Assembly: GCA_965224465.1 (NCBI GenBank)
Contig: OZ245049.1
Span: 3,690,001 to 3,722,000 of the forward strand
DNA length: 32,000 bases
Reading direction: 5' to 3'
From: Flavobacteriaceae bacterium
GTDB taxonomy: Bacteria > Bacteroidota > Bacteroidia > Flavobacteriales > Flavobacteriaceae
The notes below the pieces were generated by a model. That model was given only the letters and a program-made list of their open reading frames with translations, was not told where the DNA came from and ran no database searches. Made by a program: the position numbers and the translations under genes. This document shows, piece after piece, positions 1 through 7,557 of the stretch (positions are counted from its first letter, which is position 1; each line of letters opens with the position of its first letter).

Positions 1-66
1 TCATTTGTTATTTCAGCAAGATCTGTTGGAATGGGGAATGGAGAACATGTTAATGATTGGGTGTAA
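1..66 (+). CDS. hcp: 3' end of Hcp/TssD-like T6SS tube protein (partial, starts upstream of window)
   Basis: Frame 1 reads SFVISARSVGMGNGEHVNDWV*. This is near-identical to the C-terminus of the complete 128-aa Hcp-like ORF at 20284..20670 (SFIISAKSVAMGNGEHVNDWV*). The same downstream repeat follows the stop. Confidence 0.85.
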   Translation, partial: SFVISARSVGMGNGEHVNDWV

Positions 67-288
67 TACCAATTACAATCCAAAATGACCGATATAAATA
101 GTTTATTTTACGTACTAGCGTTGTTGAAAAATAGAACGATAGCTAAGGCTATCCTTAGATTTTCCACCTAGCTATACTACCAATTACAATCCAAAATGAC
201 CGATATAAATAGTTTATTTTACGTACTAGCGTTGTTAAAAAATAGAACGATAGCTAAGGCTATCCTTAGATTTTTCGCCTAGCTAGAA
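67..288. repeat. Tandem direct repeat, 2 x 111 bp (67-177 and 178-288). It is present as a single copy at 20671-20781.
   Basis: Both copies start taccaattacaatccaaaatgaccgatataaatagtttattttacgtactagcg and differ at only a few positions. Period measured as 178-67 = 111. Confidence 0.9.
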
Positions 289-386
289 CAAAAAATAATT
301 CTATTTCTAAACCGTCACTTGGAAATCTAATTGGTAGAACAAAAAATAATTCTATTTCTAAACCGTCTATTGGAAATGCATTTGGT
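285..386. repeat. Tandem direct repeat, 2 x 51 bp (285-335 and 336-386). It is present as a single copy at about 20782-20833.
   Basis: agaacaaaaaataattctatttctaaaccgtc(a/t)(c/a)ttggaaat..ggt occurs twice back to back. Confidence 0.85.
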
Positions 387-430
387 ATAATACCGTTTTA
401 GCTATAGTGTAACATATCTATGTAAATGAA

Positions 431-460
431 AAGGAAGTGTTACAAAACACTTCCTTTTTT
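431..460 (+). terminator. Rho-independent terminator-like hairpin between the two hcp paralogs
   Basis: aaggaagtgtt (431-441), loop acaa, aacacttcctt (446-456), followed by a T-run. Conserved at 20873-20902. Confidence 0.6.
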
Positions 461-502
461 GCTTTTAATTTTAATTAGTTTAATCATTATAAATAATATA
501 AA

Positions 503-898
503 ATGTCGTTTTTAGCTCAATTAACAATAGCCGATGATACCATGAATGTATTGCGATGTTCTTTTAATTTTGAACAAGGTGCAGATGCTGCTGGTAAACC
601 ATCACAAAGACCAAGTGGAGGGAAACTCATAATTTTAATAGAATCTACTAGTAAAACAGATTTTTTGGAATGGATGATCTCTCCTAATATGACCAAAAAT
701 GGAGAAGTTGTTTTTTATAAAAGAGACAACATGTCTAGTTTAAAAACCATTTCTTTTAAAAATGCCTACTGTTTGAGTTATCAAGAAGATTTTGATGCAG
801 AAGGGAACCAACCTTTAAAAACACGGATTGTTGTGTCGGCAAAAGAAATTACAGTAAAGGATACCACCTTTTTCAATAACTGGTTTGATAGAGAATAA
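503..898 (+). CDS. hcp: Hcp/TssD-like T6SS tube protein, second paralog (131 aa)
   Basis: MSFLAQL..VLRCSFNFEQGADAAGKPSQRPSGGKLIILIEST...EWM shares the Bacteroidetes TssD pattern MSF..L....VL.C.Y...Q..D..GRPS...GGKI...ES....L.WM with the 128-aa paralog. About 95% identical to 20944..21339. Lies directly upstream of vgrG. Confidence 0.85.
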   Translation: MSFLAQLTIADDTMNVLRCSFNFEQGADAAGKPSQRPSGGKLIILIESTSKTDFLEWMISPNMTKNGEVVFYKRDNMSSLKTISFKNAYCLSYQEDFDAEGNQPLKTRIVVSAKEITVKDTTFFNNWFDRE

Positions 899-927
899 AA
901 AAAGGGAAGCCTCTTAGTATGTACTTA

Positions 928-991
928 TACCACATACATTTCCAAGTGACGGTATAGAAATTATATCGGTTATTTTGGATTGTAATTGGTA
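928..991 (-). repeat. Miniature palindromic (MITE-like) copy of the hcp intergenic repeat, in inverted orientation
   Basis: The reverse complement reads taccaattacaatccaaaataaccgatata-atttctat-accgtcacttggaaatgtatgtggta. This is the left end of the 111-bp unit fused to the right end of the 51-bp unit. It is absent from the paralogous spacer at 21340-21424. Confidence 0.6.
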
Positions 992-1144
992 GTACAATAC
1001 ATGTTTGAGGATAAGATGTGCGATCTGTTAAAGCGCATTTCTTATGGAGAACCTTCTTAAAAGAAGGTTGAATATAGATAATGCACGAATAAACAGGAGG
1101 GGAATTAATTATTTTCTTTCGAGAACACTATTTATTTAGAAAAT

Positions 1145-2959
1145 ATGGCACTACAAAGCAACACAACTATAATTATTAACGGACAACAAATTTCAAGTTT
1201 TCAAAGCCTTAACTTACATCAGAAAATTGATGCATGCCATTCGTTAACACTTACGTTTAGAATGGACACACTTGAAGATATAGGAGAAGAACTTGCAACC
1301 AACAGTAAGGAGTTTTTAGGGGAGATAATTTCCTTGCAAACGATTCCTGCAGACGGTTTTGAAGATCGTTATGGCGAGTTGACGTTTAAAGGTATTATTA
1401 CCGAAATAAAAACGATAAAAGGGCATGAGGTAAGTGATGGGGATAAAATAGTTATAGAGGCAAGAAGCCCCGATTTTTTAACAAATGATGGCCCGCATTT
1501 TGCGTCTCACAACGATGTTTCCCTTTCAGAAATTGTTAATATTTCGTTTGAAGGCTATGATACTTCAAAATTAGAAGTAGACGTACGCCCTCAAAACAAC
1601 CCTAGTTTGCATTATTCGGTACAGCATAACGAAAGTGCTTTTACGTATGTAAGTAGACTTGCAGCACAATACGGAGAGTGGTTTTATTACGATGGAGCTA
1701 AATTAGTATTTGGAATGCCTGGTACCGAAGACTTAGAACTTACCTATGGATTTGATTTAGTAGAGTATCAGATACGTTTGATGCCTCAGTCCAACAATTA
1801 CAAAATATTTGCAAATGATTATCTAACCGATGAGGTACAAGAAAAATCAACAAGCGAAATCAATGCCGGTTTAAGAGGTTTTGGAGGCTTTGTTTCTGAA
1901 AAATCAAATGCCATTTACAGAAAAGAAACAAAAATTTGGCACAATCTATACAGCGATACAGAAGTACAACAGCGTTTAGATACAGCAGTGGAATTACAGA
2001 AAAAAGCGATTGATGTAAAACAAGTAAAAGTACAGGGGGTTTGTGATAATCCAGGGGTGAAAATTGGGAGCGTAGTTGTAATAGATGGGAATAGATACAG
2101 AATTATAGAGGTTACACATAGCAATAATGAAATTGGAGATTATACAAATAATTTTGAAGGAATCACCGCAGATATAAACGCATATCCATACACCAACATA
2201 AACGCATTTCCAAAAAGCGAAACACAGGTAGCTACCGTAAAAGAAAATGCAGATCCCGATGGATTGGGGCGCATAAGAGTGCAATTTCCATGGCAAGTGG
2301 AGTATAGCGAGTTAACCCCATGGGTGCGCATTGTAACACCACATGGAGGAGCCAATAAAGGATTCCATTTTATACCAGAAATTGAAGAAAAAGTATTGGT
2401 AGGTTTTGAAGGAGGGAATGCAGAACATCCTTATATATTGGGTGTTTTATATACAGGAAATGCCAAACCCGAAGCGTTTAAAACCGACACCAACGATGTT
2501 AAAATTATAAGAACCCGCAGCGGACACACCATTGAACTAAATGATAAAGATGGTGAAGAAAAAATAAATATCTACGATAACGAAGGAAGTATCATCACTT
2601 TTGATACCCAAGCAAAATCCTTGTATATACAAGCTACGGAGAATATTGAATTCCAAGCAAAGAATATTAAATTAAAAGCGAGCGAGAATATAGAACTAAA
2701 CGCCGATCAAGAAATTAAAATAGCAGCAACGGGTAACGCATTATTAGCATCAGAGGCAGTTATTAACATACAAGCAGAAAGTGATGTTAACGTAAGTGCG
2801 AGTTCGAATATAACCATAGAAGCCAGTAGTAAAGCGAATTTTAAAGGACAAAGTATTATTGTAGAAGGGCAAACATCAGCTGAATTTAATAGTGCCCAAA
2901 CCAAAATTACGGGTAGTGGAATGATTGATGTTTCAGGAGGAATGATAAAAATAAATTAA
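1145..2959 (+). CDS. vgrG: VgrG/TssI T6SS spike protein (604 aa)
   Basis: Has a gp27/gp5-like layout. Contains a conserved RIRVQFPWQ....TPWVRIVTPHGG..KGFHFIPEI.E.VLVGFEGGN.E.PYILG OB-fold segment. The C-terminus is a beta-helix of repeated ...I.I.A..NI.L.A units. Positioned between hcp and the PAAR gene. Confidence 0.92.
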   Translation: MALQSNTTIIINGQQISSFQSLNLHQKIDACHSLTLTFRMDTLEDIGEELATNSKEFLGEIISLQTIPADGFEDRYGELTFKGIITEIKTIKGHEVSDGDKIVIEARSPDFLTNDGPHFASHNDVSLSEIVNISFEGYDTSKLEVDVRPQNNPSLHYSVQHNESAFTYVSRLAAQYGEWFYYDGAKLVFGMPGTEDLELTYGFDLVEYQIRLMPQSNNYKIFANDYLTDEVQEKSTSEINAGLRGFGGFVSEKSNAIYRKETKIWHNLYSDTEVQQRLDTAVELQKKAIDVKQVKVQGVCDNPGVKIGSVVVIDGNRYRIIEVTHSNNEIGDYTNNFEGITADINAYPYTNINAFPKSETQVATVKENADPDGLGRIRVQFPWQVEYSELTPWVRIVTPHGGANKGFHFIPEIEEKVLVGFEGGNAEHPYILGVLYTGNAKPEAFKTDTNDVKIIRTRSGHTIELNDKDGEEKINIYDNEGSIITFDTQAKSLYIQATENIEFQAKNIKLKASENIELNADQEIKIAATGNALLASEAVINIQAESDVNVSASSNITIEASSKANFKGQSIIVEGQTSAEFNSAQTKITGSGMIDVSGGMIKIN

Positions 2960-2975
2960 AACAAATAAATAAATT

Positions 2976-3668
2976 ATGCCAGGACCAGCAGCAACAATAT
3001 CACACATGCACACATGCCCTATGTATAGTGGAACAAGCCCACATACTGGCGGCCCCATTATAGGCCCGGGAGTGCCAACAGTTTTAATAGGAGGAAAACC
3101 TGCCGCAGTAATGGGGGATCAATGTACCTGTTCGGGACCACCCGATGTAATTGTAGAAGGTGTTTCTACCGTATTAATTGGTGGGAGACCCGCAGCTACT
3201 ATGGGATCGAAAACAGGTCATGGAGGCGTAGTAAGCATTGGAGATCCTACCGTACTTATTGGTACAAGATGTAGTGCTCCTACCGCAATAATGCCCGTGA
3301 GTAAAATACCTTTTCCTAAAATATCTTTTAAAGATCGTATACTGACTTCTTTGTCGGGGAATTCATTGGCAGAAGCAGAAGCGAATCAAGCTGCTTTGAG
3401 AGAAGAAGAGGAAGGTGAGCCTCGTGTTTATAATTTACGTTGGATAAAAGAAGAAAGGCTAACCAAAAAATCTTCAGTACTAACACAAGTAACATTAAAG
3501 GCAAGTGTCGTTAATTTTGATGATGGAGAAAGTGTAACCTTTACTATTAATTTACCAACCAAAGAAAAAGGAGGGGATACAGAACAGGTAACATTAACTG
3601 GAACAGTAAGAGATAAAGAAGTACAAGTGGTTTGGGAAACTAAGGATAAACCAAAACAAACCTTATAA
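2976..3668 (+). CDS. PAAR-domain spike-tip protein with a variable C-terminal beta-rich extension (230 aa)
   Basis: The N-terminal 95 aa carry PAAR-type repeats (GGKPAAVMGD, GGRPAATMGS, VLIGG x2, PTVLIG). A Glu-rich linker (REEEEGEP) is followed by an 80-aa tail unrelated in sequence to the tail of the paralog at 23256..23969. Confidence 0.9.
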   Translation: MPGPAATISHMHTCPMYSGTSPHTGGPIIGPGVPTVLIGGKPAAVMGDQCTCSGPPDVIVEGVSTVLIGGRPAATMGSKTGHGGVVSIGDPTVLIGTRCSAPTAIMPVSKIPFPKISFKDRILTSLSGNSLAEAEANQAALREEEEGEPRVYNLRWIKEERLTKKSSVLTQVTLKASVVNFDDGESVTFTINLPTKEKGGDTEQVTLTGTVRDKEVQVVWETKDKPKQTL

Positions 3669-3787
3669 AAGATAAGGCAGAGGTTGTAGAAGAAAAAAAA
3701 ACAGGACAATATAATGGTATTCTGTATGAGTGTAGTTTTACGGCAGAGGGTAGAGGAGTTACCTGTGTAGAGCAGCCTGTACTTAAA

Positions 3788-6640
3788 GTGGTTAAACCAG
3801 GTGTGCGAATAAATTTGATGCGTATAGCCTTGATAAATAGAACACCTAAGTTTACGCCTTTAATGCTAGAGGGGGTTGGGAAAGATGAATTTATGCCATT
3901 GGAGACCCCAAAAGGTGCTCCAGACGTAGAAGGGTTAAGCAACTATGTATATGCAAGTACAAGCTTAAGACCCGGGTTTTTATATGTAATCAACGAGAGT
4001 GATTCAGATGGTTGGAGTGAATGGGAAGTAGGATTAGGAGGGTGGCTTAAAGAGATAGATAAATCGCAAGCAGAAAGTGATTTTAGAAAAGTCACATCAG
4101 ATGCTGTAGTAATTGATCAGTATGTTGCAGAACCTACAGATGTTTTGTGGTTTGCGTACTCAGAAATACAATGGAGTGCAGATTATTTTAAAAGCATGCG
4201 TGATGATAGTTCTAAACGGGGCACTCGTATGCAAAAATATGACTTAATTAAACATGTTAATAATGAGTCTCAAAACGATGCAGCATCTTGGGATATAATG
4301 AAAAATAATTTTCTGATTATCCCCGAAAATAAATTGGATTATAATGCTACACAACAAAATTATACAATAGCTTCTTTTGATGAAACCAATAATACCGAAA
4401 GTTATAAACTGGATGCTATCCTATGTCTACATGATCCAGTAGGGGTTTTAGAAGAATTGTCGAATTATTTAAGGTATCTTTGGATTGAAATGGATAGTCT
4501 TTTGATATCTATGAAAACAGGGATTACACTGAGTGAAGCAGAAAATTGTTTAAGAAATAATAAAGATCCAAGAAAGTTACAAAACATTGAAGACCTGAAG
4601 CAAATTGAAGCATTGTACAATATAGGAGTAAACTTAAGAGGAGTAGCTTACGCCAATGATAAAAATAGAGAAGATCTTATCGAAGCTTGGTGGGGAATTG
4701 ATGTAAAACGACTCGACAAGGTCTTAGCAGTAGAAGATCGATTAGTGATTAAGAAAAAAATAGCTAAAGGAAGAGCATTTTTGGTTAATTTTGTAGATAG
4801 TGATTACTATGGGAAAATATTAGATGACTATCTAACCAACTGCGATGAAAATATTGAAGATGCCAAGTATACAAAAAGCGGATGGTTGTCCCAAATAGGG
4901 CAAATGCCTAATGATAGGGATGCTCTTATGGAAACTAAAGAGGAGGCAAGCGAGTGGAAAGCCAATGATGATATAGGTAAACAATTTATTAAAGACACAC
5001 TAGAAGGAAAAAATAATATTGGTAAAATTTTCACTACTCCTACATTAACAGAACAGGTAGAAGGAAAAGTGAATTGGGGGAAATACTTTGCTATTTCTGA
5101 TAATTTTTTTGAGTTTTATAAAACTGCTTTTAAAGATGGTGCTAATAGTCTTGAGAAAATAGTAAAAGTACTTAATACTACCCGAATAAAATTAAATGGT
5201 ACGATGATAGTTGCTACTTATCAGATTACAGATATAGCCACAGAGTTTAGAAAAACAGATATAGGGCGTTCTGATTTTATAAAGAAAACTTTAAATATTA
5301 ATAAAAAATCCATCAAGGCATTTAAAAAAATAAGTAGTAAATTCACAAGTAAGTTTGATAAACTACTAAAAACTAAGCAAATAACTTTCGGTAAAGCTTT
5401 TCAAAAGGTACTGAAAAATGATTTACTAGATTTTGTTGATGAGTTTAGTGGAAACACTTGTTGGGTAAAACTACTGCGTAATATCAGTATGGTTAATCTG
5501 GCGATGACCAGTGTAAAGATATTTAAATCAGATGATCCTGCTCAGCTTGGGCTGAATGTATCTAAGTTTGGTATTGCGATTGCAGATGCTCACATCACCT
5601 TACGGAACGTTAAATCCTTAGAAATAAACAGTAAAAAGGCTTTAAAAATATTTACTACAGATACTAAGTTGTTAGCAAAAAGAGTAGGTTATGCGGGGGC
5701 ATTAGTAGATGCTAGTGAAGCTGCATATAATTTTTGGCAGCGCGATGTTGATGCTGGTATGGCGTATGGGGGAGCAGCAATTAGTGGAGCACTAGGGACA
5801 CTATGCATATTAGCAGTGTCTAATTCTTGGCATCCTGGGGGGTGGGCACTACTGATTCTTGCATTGGCTCTGGGTATTTATGCGAATACTCTAGAAGATT
5901 CTCCATTAGAAACTATTGCAAAAAATGGAGTGTTTGGTCCAGTACCTAGTAAATGGTTGTTTTGGAGTAGTGTGGACTTTTCTAAAGATAAAAGTTATTT
6001 AGAATTGATACATAAACATGCCAATCTAGAGGTACGTAAGTCGCTACATAAAACAGGTTTTTCTGAATGGGTGGATTTACCAGTCCAGTACATTAATTTG
6101 TTGGATATATTGATAGGTGGGCGAGTGCAGCTCAAATCATCTAAAGAAGTATCTGCTGGAGATGGTAGAAGTTTGTATGCCGATAAGGTTAATATGAAAT
6201 TTGAATGTTTTATTATTAACGAAGCAAAAGCTGAACTTATTTTCGGGTGTTTTTTACAAGAAAAAGATCAAGTAGATTATGAAATTTACTATTCTCCTGC
6301 AGGACTAGGGGGAGATTTCACCTGTTATAAGCCTAGTTATTTAGGAGTATGTATAGAAATGATTACAGAAAAAGATAAACCTACTAAGGCTATAATTACG
6401 ATTCCGATGCACCAATTGCAACATACATCCTCGGGGGTGTTAATGATTATGGCCCGTGTAGCTTTTGCAGGAGGGCAGTATTTTCCTGTACCTAATATTA
6501 ATACACCAAGATATTCAGCGTCTATTATTCCTATGATACGCACTGATTATAGTTATGGATCGTATTATACCGATGGTATTAACAACCGAGTGATTATAGA
6601 TACCAAACAAAAATTATTAAACAAAAAAGAATGGAAATAA
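3788..6640 (+). CDS. Large T6SS effector candidate: MIX-like N-terminal region, glycine-zipper TM helices, beta-rich C-terminal domain (at least 950 aa)
   Basis: LRPGFLYVI (3965-3991) and FAYSEIQWS (4151-4177) fit the MIX core and C-flank consensus. LHDPVG is shared with the cassette-B paralog. TM segments are GMAYGGAAISGALGTLCILAV and GGWALLILALALGIYA. The annotated start is a GTG, but the frame is open from 3650 and stays homologous to the paralog upstream of 3788, so the 5' end is uncertain. Confidence 0.6.
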   Translation: MVKPGVRINLMRIALINRTPKFTPLMLEGVGKDEFMPLETPKGAPDVEGLSNYVYASTSLRPGFLYVINESDSDGWSEWEVGLGGWLKEIDKSQAESDFRKVTSDAVVIDQYVAEPTDVLWFAYSEIQWSADYFKSMRDDSSKRGTRMQKYDLIKHVNNESQNDAASWDIMKNNFLIIPENKLDYNATQQNYTIASFDETNNTESYKLDAILCLHDPVGVLEELSNYLRYLWIEMDSLLISMKTGITLSEAENCLRNNKDPRKLQNIEDLKQIEALYNIGVNLRGVAYANDKNREDLIEAWWGIDVKRLDKVLAVEDRLVIKKKIAKGRAFLVNFVDSDYYGKILDDYLTNCDENIEDAKYTKSGWLSQIGQMPNDRDALMETKEEASEWKANDDIGKQFIKDTLEGKNNIGKIFTTPTLTEQVEGKVNWGKYFAISDNFFEFYKTAFKDGANSLEKIVKVLNTTRIKLNGTMIVATYQITDIATEFRKTDIGRSDFIKKTLNINKKSIKAFKKISSKFTSKFDKLLKTKQITFGKAFQKVLKNDLLDFVDEFSGNTCWVKLLRNISMVNLAMTSVKIFKSDDPAQLGLNVSKFGIAIADAHITLRNVKSLEINSKKALKIFTTDTKLLAKRVGYAGALVDASEAAYNFWQRDVDAGMAYGGAAISGALGTLCILAVSNSWHPGGWALLILALALGIYANTLEDSPLETIAKNGVFGPVPSKWLFWSSVDFSKDKSYLELIHKHANLEVRKSLHKTGFSEWVDLPVQYINLLDILIGGRVQLKSSKEVSAGDGRSLYADKVNMKFECFIINEAKAELIFGCFLQEKDQVDYEIYYSPAGLGGDFTCYKPSYLGVCIEMITEKDKPTKAIITIPMHQLQHTSSGVLMIMARVAFAGGQYFPVPNINTPRYSASIIPMIRTDYSYGSYYTDGINNRVIIDTKQKLLNKKEWK

Positions 6641-7485
6641 AAATTGATAAGAAGTATGACACCGCAAAATATTTTAAACGTTTTATTAGGTTACCATATG
6701 TTATTTATGAGGTGCCAACAGAACAAGAGATAGATATTGAAGATAATAAGAAATATGACGAACAATTTACAAATGAAATAATTAGAGAATTTACACCAAG
6801 TAGTAAAAGTAGTTATATAATTGATGTATATATATATAGTATAGTAGCTGCATTTTTTGGTTTATTAATGCCGATAGCAGGAACAATATTTGAAAAAGGA
6901 CTCATGTATTTATGGGTGTATGTTATTTATGTTTTAATTTCCCTGTTTTTTATCAGAATTACCTATTATTACTGGAAAAAATATCAAGTAGCTCCAGAGT
7001 TGGCACATATTACATTTGATAGAATGAATCAGATGATTGTTTTGCCTAGGGCAGGAGAATTTGAGTATTTTAAAATACCATTTAAACAACTAAGAGTATC
7101 AATAGAAGGGGTTGGAGGTTCCGTAATGTCATATATGGGTAAGCATTTGATTTTTTATAGAGGGTATTCTATGAACCTGATTAAGATGCATAGTGCCAAA
7201 TTAATGATGGGAGGTTTTCCTAATAATCCGAAACAAGATTGGTCATTCTATGTATGGTATATGGATAAAAATCGCCCTTTGCCACCTGGGCTGGCTTTTG
7301 ATGCGTATAGAGAAGTTGATTTTGAAAGAAGAAAGAAGGCAGGGTTTCCTCCTCCATTATTCAAAAGTTTAGTACCAACCCCAGAGGCAAGTCAGGAGCA
7401 ACAATTACTACGTGAAACTTTTTGGAAAGACGAAGATTATATAGCTACAAAAAAAGAATCACATTTTAGTCTTTGGAGAAAATAG
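6631..7485 (+). CDS. 2-TM membrane protein of the WYMDKNRPLP family; candidate immunity protein for the upstream membrane effector (284 aa)
   Basis: Its start overlaps the effector stop by 10 nt (atggaaataa). Two hydrophobic helices (IYSIVAAFFGLLMPIAGTIF, LWVYVIYVLISLFFIRI). The C-terminal motif WSFYVWYMDKNRPLPPGLAFDAYREVDFERRKKAGFPPPLF is shared with 17096, 18755 and 27327. Confidence 0.55.
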   Translation: MEIKIDKKYDTAKYFKRFIRLPYVIYEVPTEQEIDIEDNKKYDEQFTNEIIREFTPSSKSSYIIDVYIYSIVAAFFGLLMPIAGTIFEKGLMYLWVYVIYVLISLFFIRITYYYWKKYQVAPELAHITFDRMNQMIVLPRAGEFEYFKIPFKQLRVSIEGVGGSVMSYMGKHLIFYRGYSMNLIKMHSAKLMMGGFPNNPKQDWSFYVWYMDKNRPLPPGLAFDAYREVDFERRKKAGFPPPLFKSLVPTPEASQEQQLLRETFWKDEDYIATKKESHFSLWRK

Positions 7486-7557
7486 ACAAAAGAGAAATAG
7501 AATTCTGTTTTTAACAACTAAAAATTCTGTTAGCACAAATCTACAAGCAATGTATTC

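Noticed and set aside
67-386. CRISPR-like array
   Set aside because: There are only two copies of each unit, directly abutting with no spacers. The units are 111 and 51 bp and have no CRISPR repeat features.
67-991. Invertase-controlled hcp2 phase switch formed by the inverted repeats flanking hcp2
   Set aside because: No recombinase gene is present in the window. The repeats are imperfect, and cassette B lacks the downstream copy. An independent MITE insertion is the simpler explanation. It is kept only as a low-priority check.
1915-2904. Minus-strand ORFs inside vgrG (1915-2124, 1994-2296, 2140-2355, 2707-2904), with equivalents at 22020-23184
   Set aside because: They are antisense to a strongly supported, motif-rich VgrG gene. 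Their translations are Cys/Phe/Ile-rich low-complexity sequence typical of the reverse strand of AT-rich coding DNA. They are duplicated only because vgrG is duplicated.
3428-3942. Minus-strand ORFs overlapping the PAAR tail and effector start (3428-3709, 3640-3942), and 23753-24252 in cassette B
   Set aside because: They are antisense to coding sequence and have no motifs. The two cassettes do not conserve these ORFs at the protein level.
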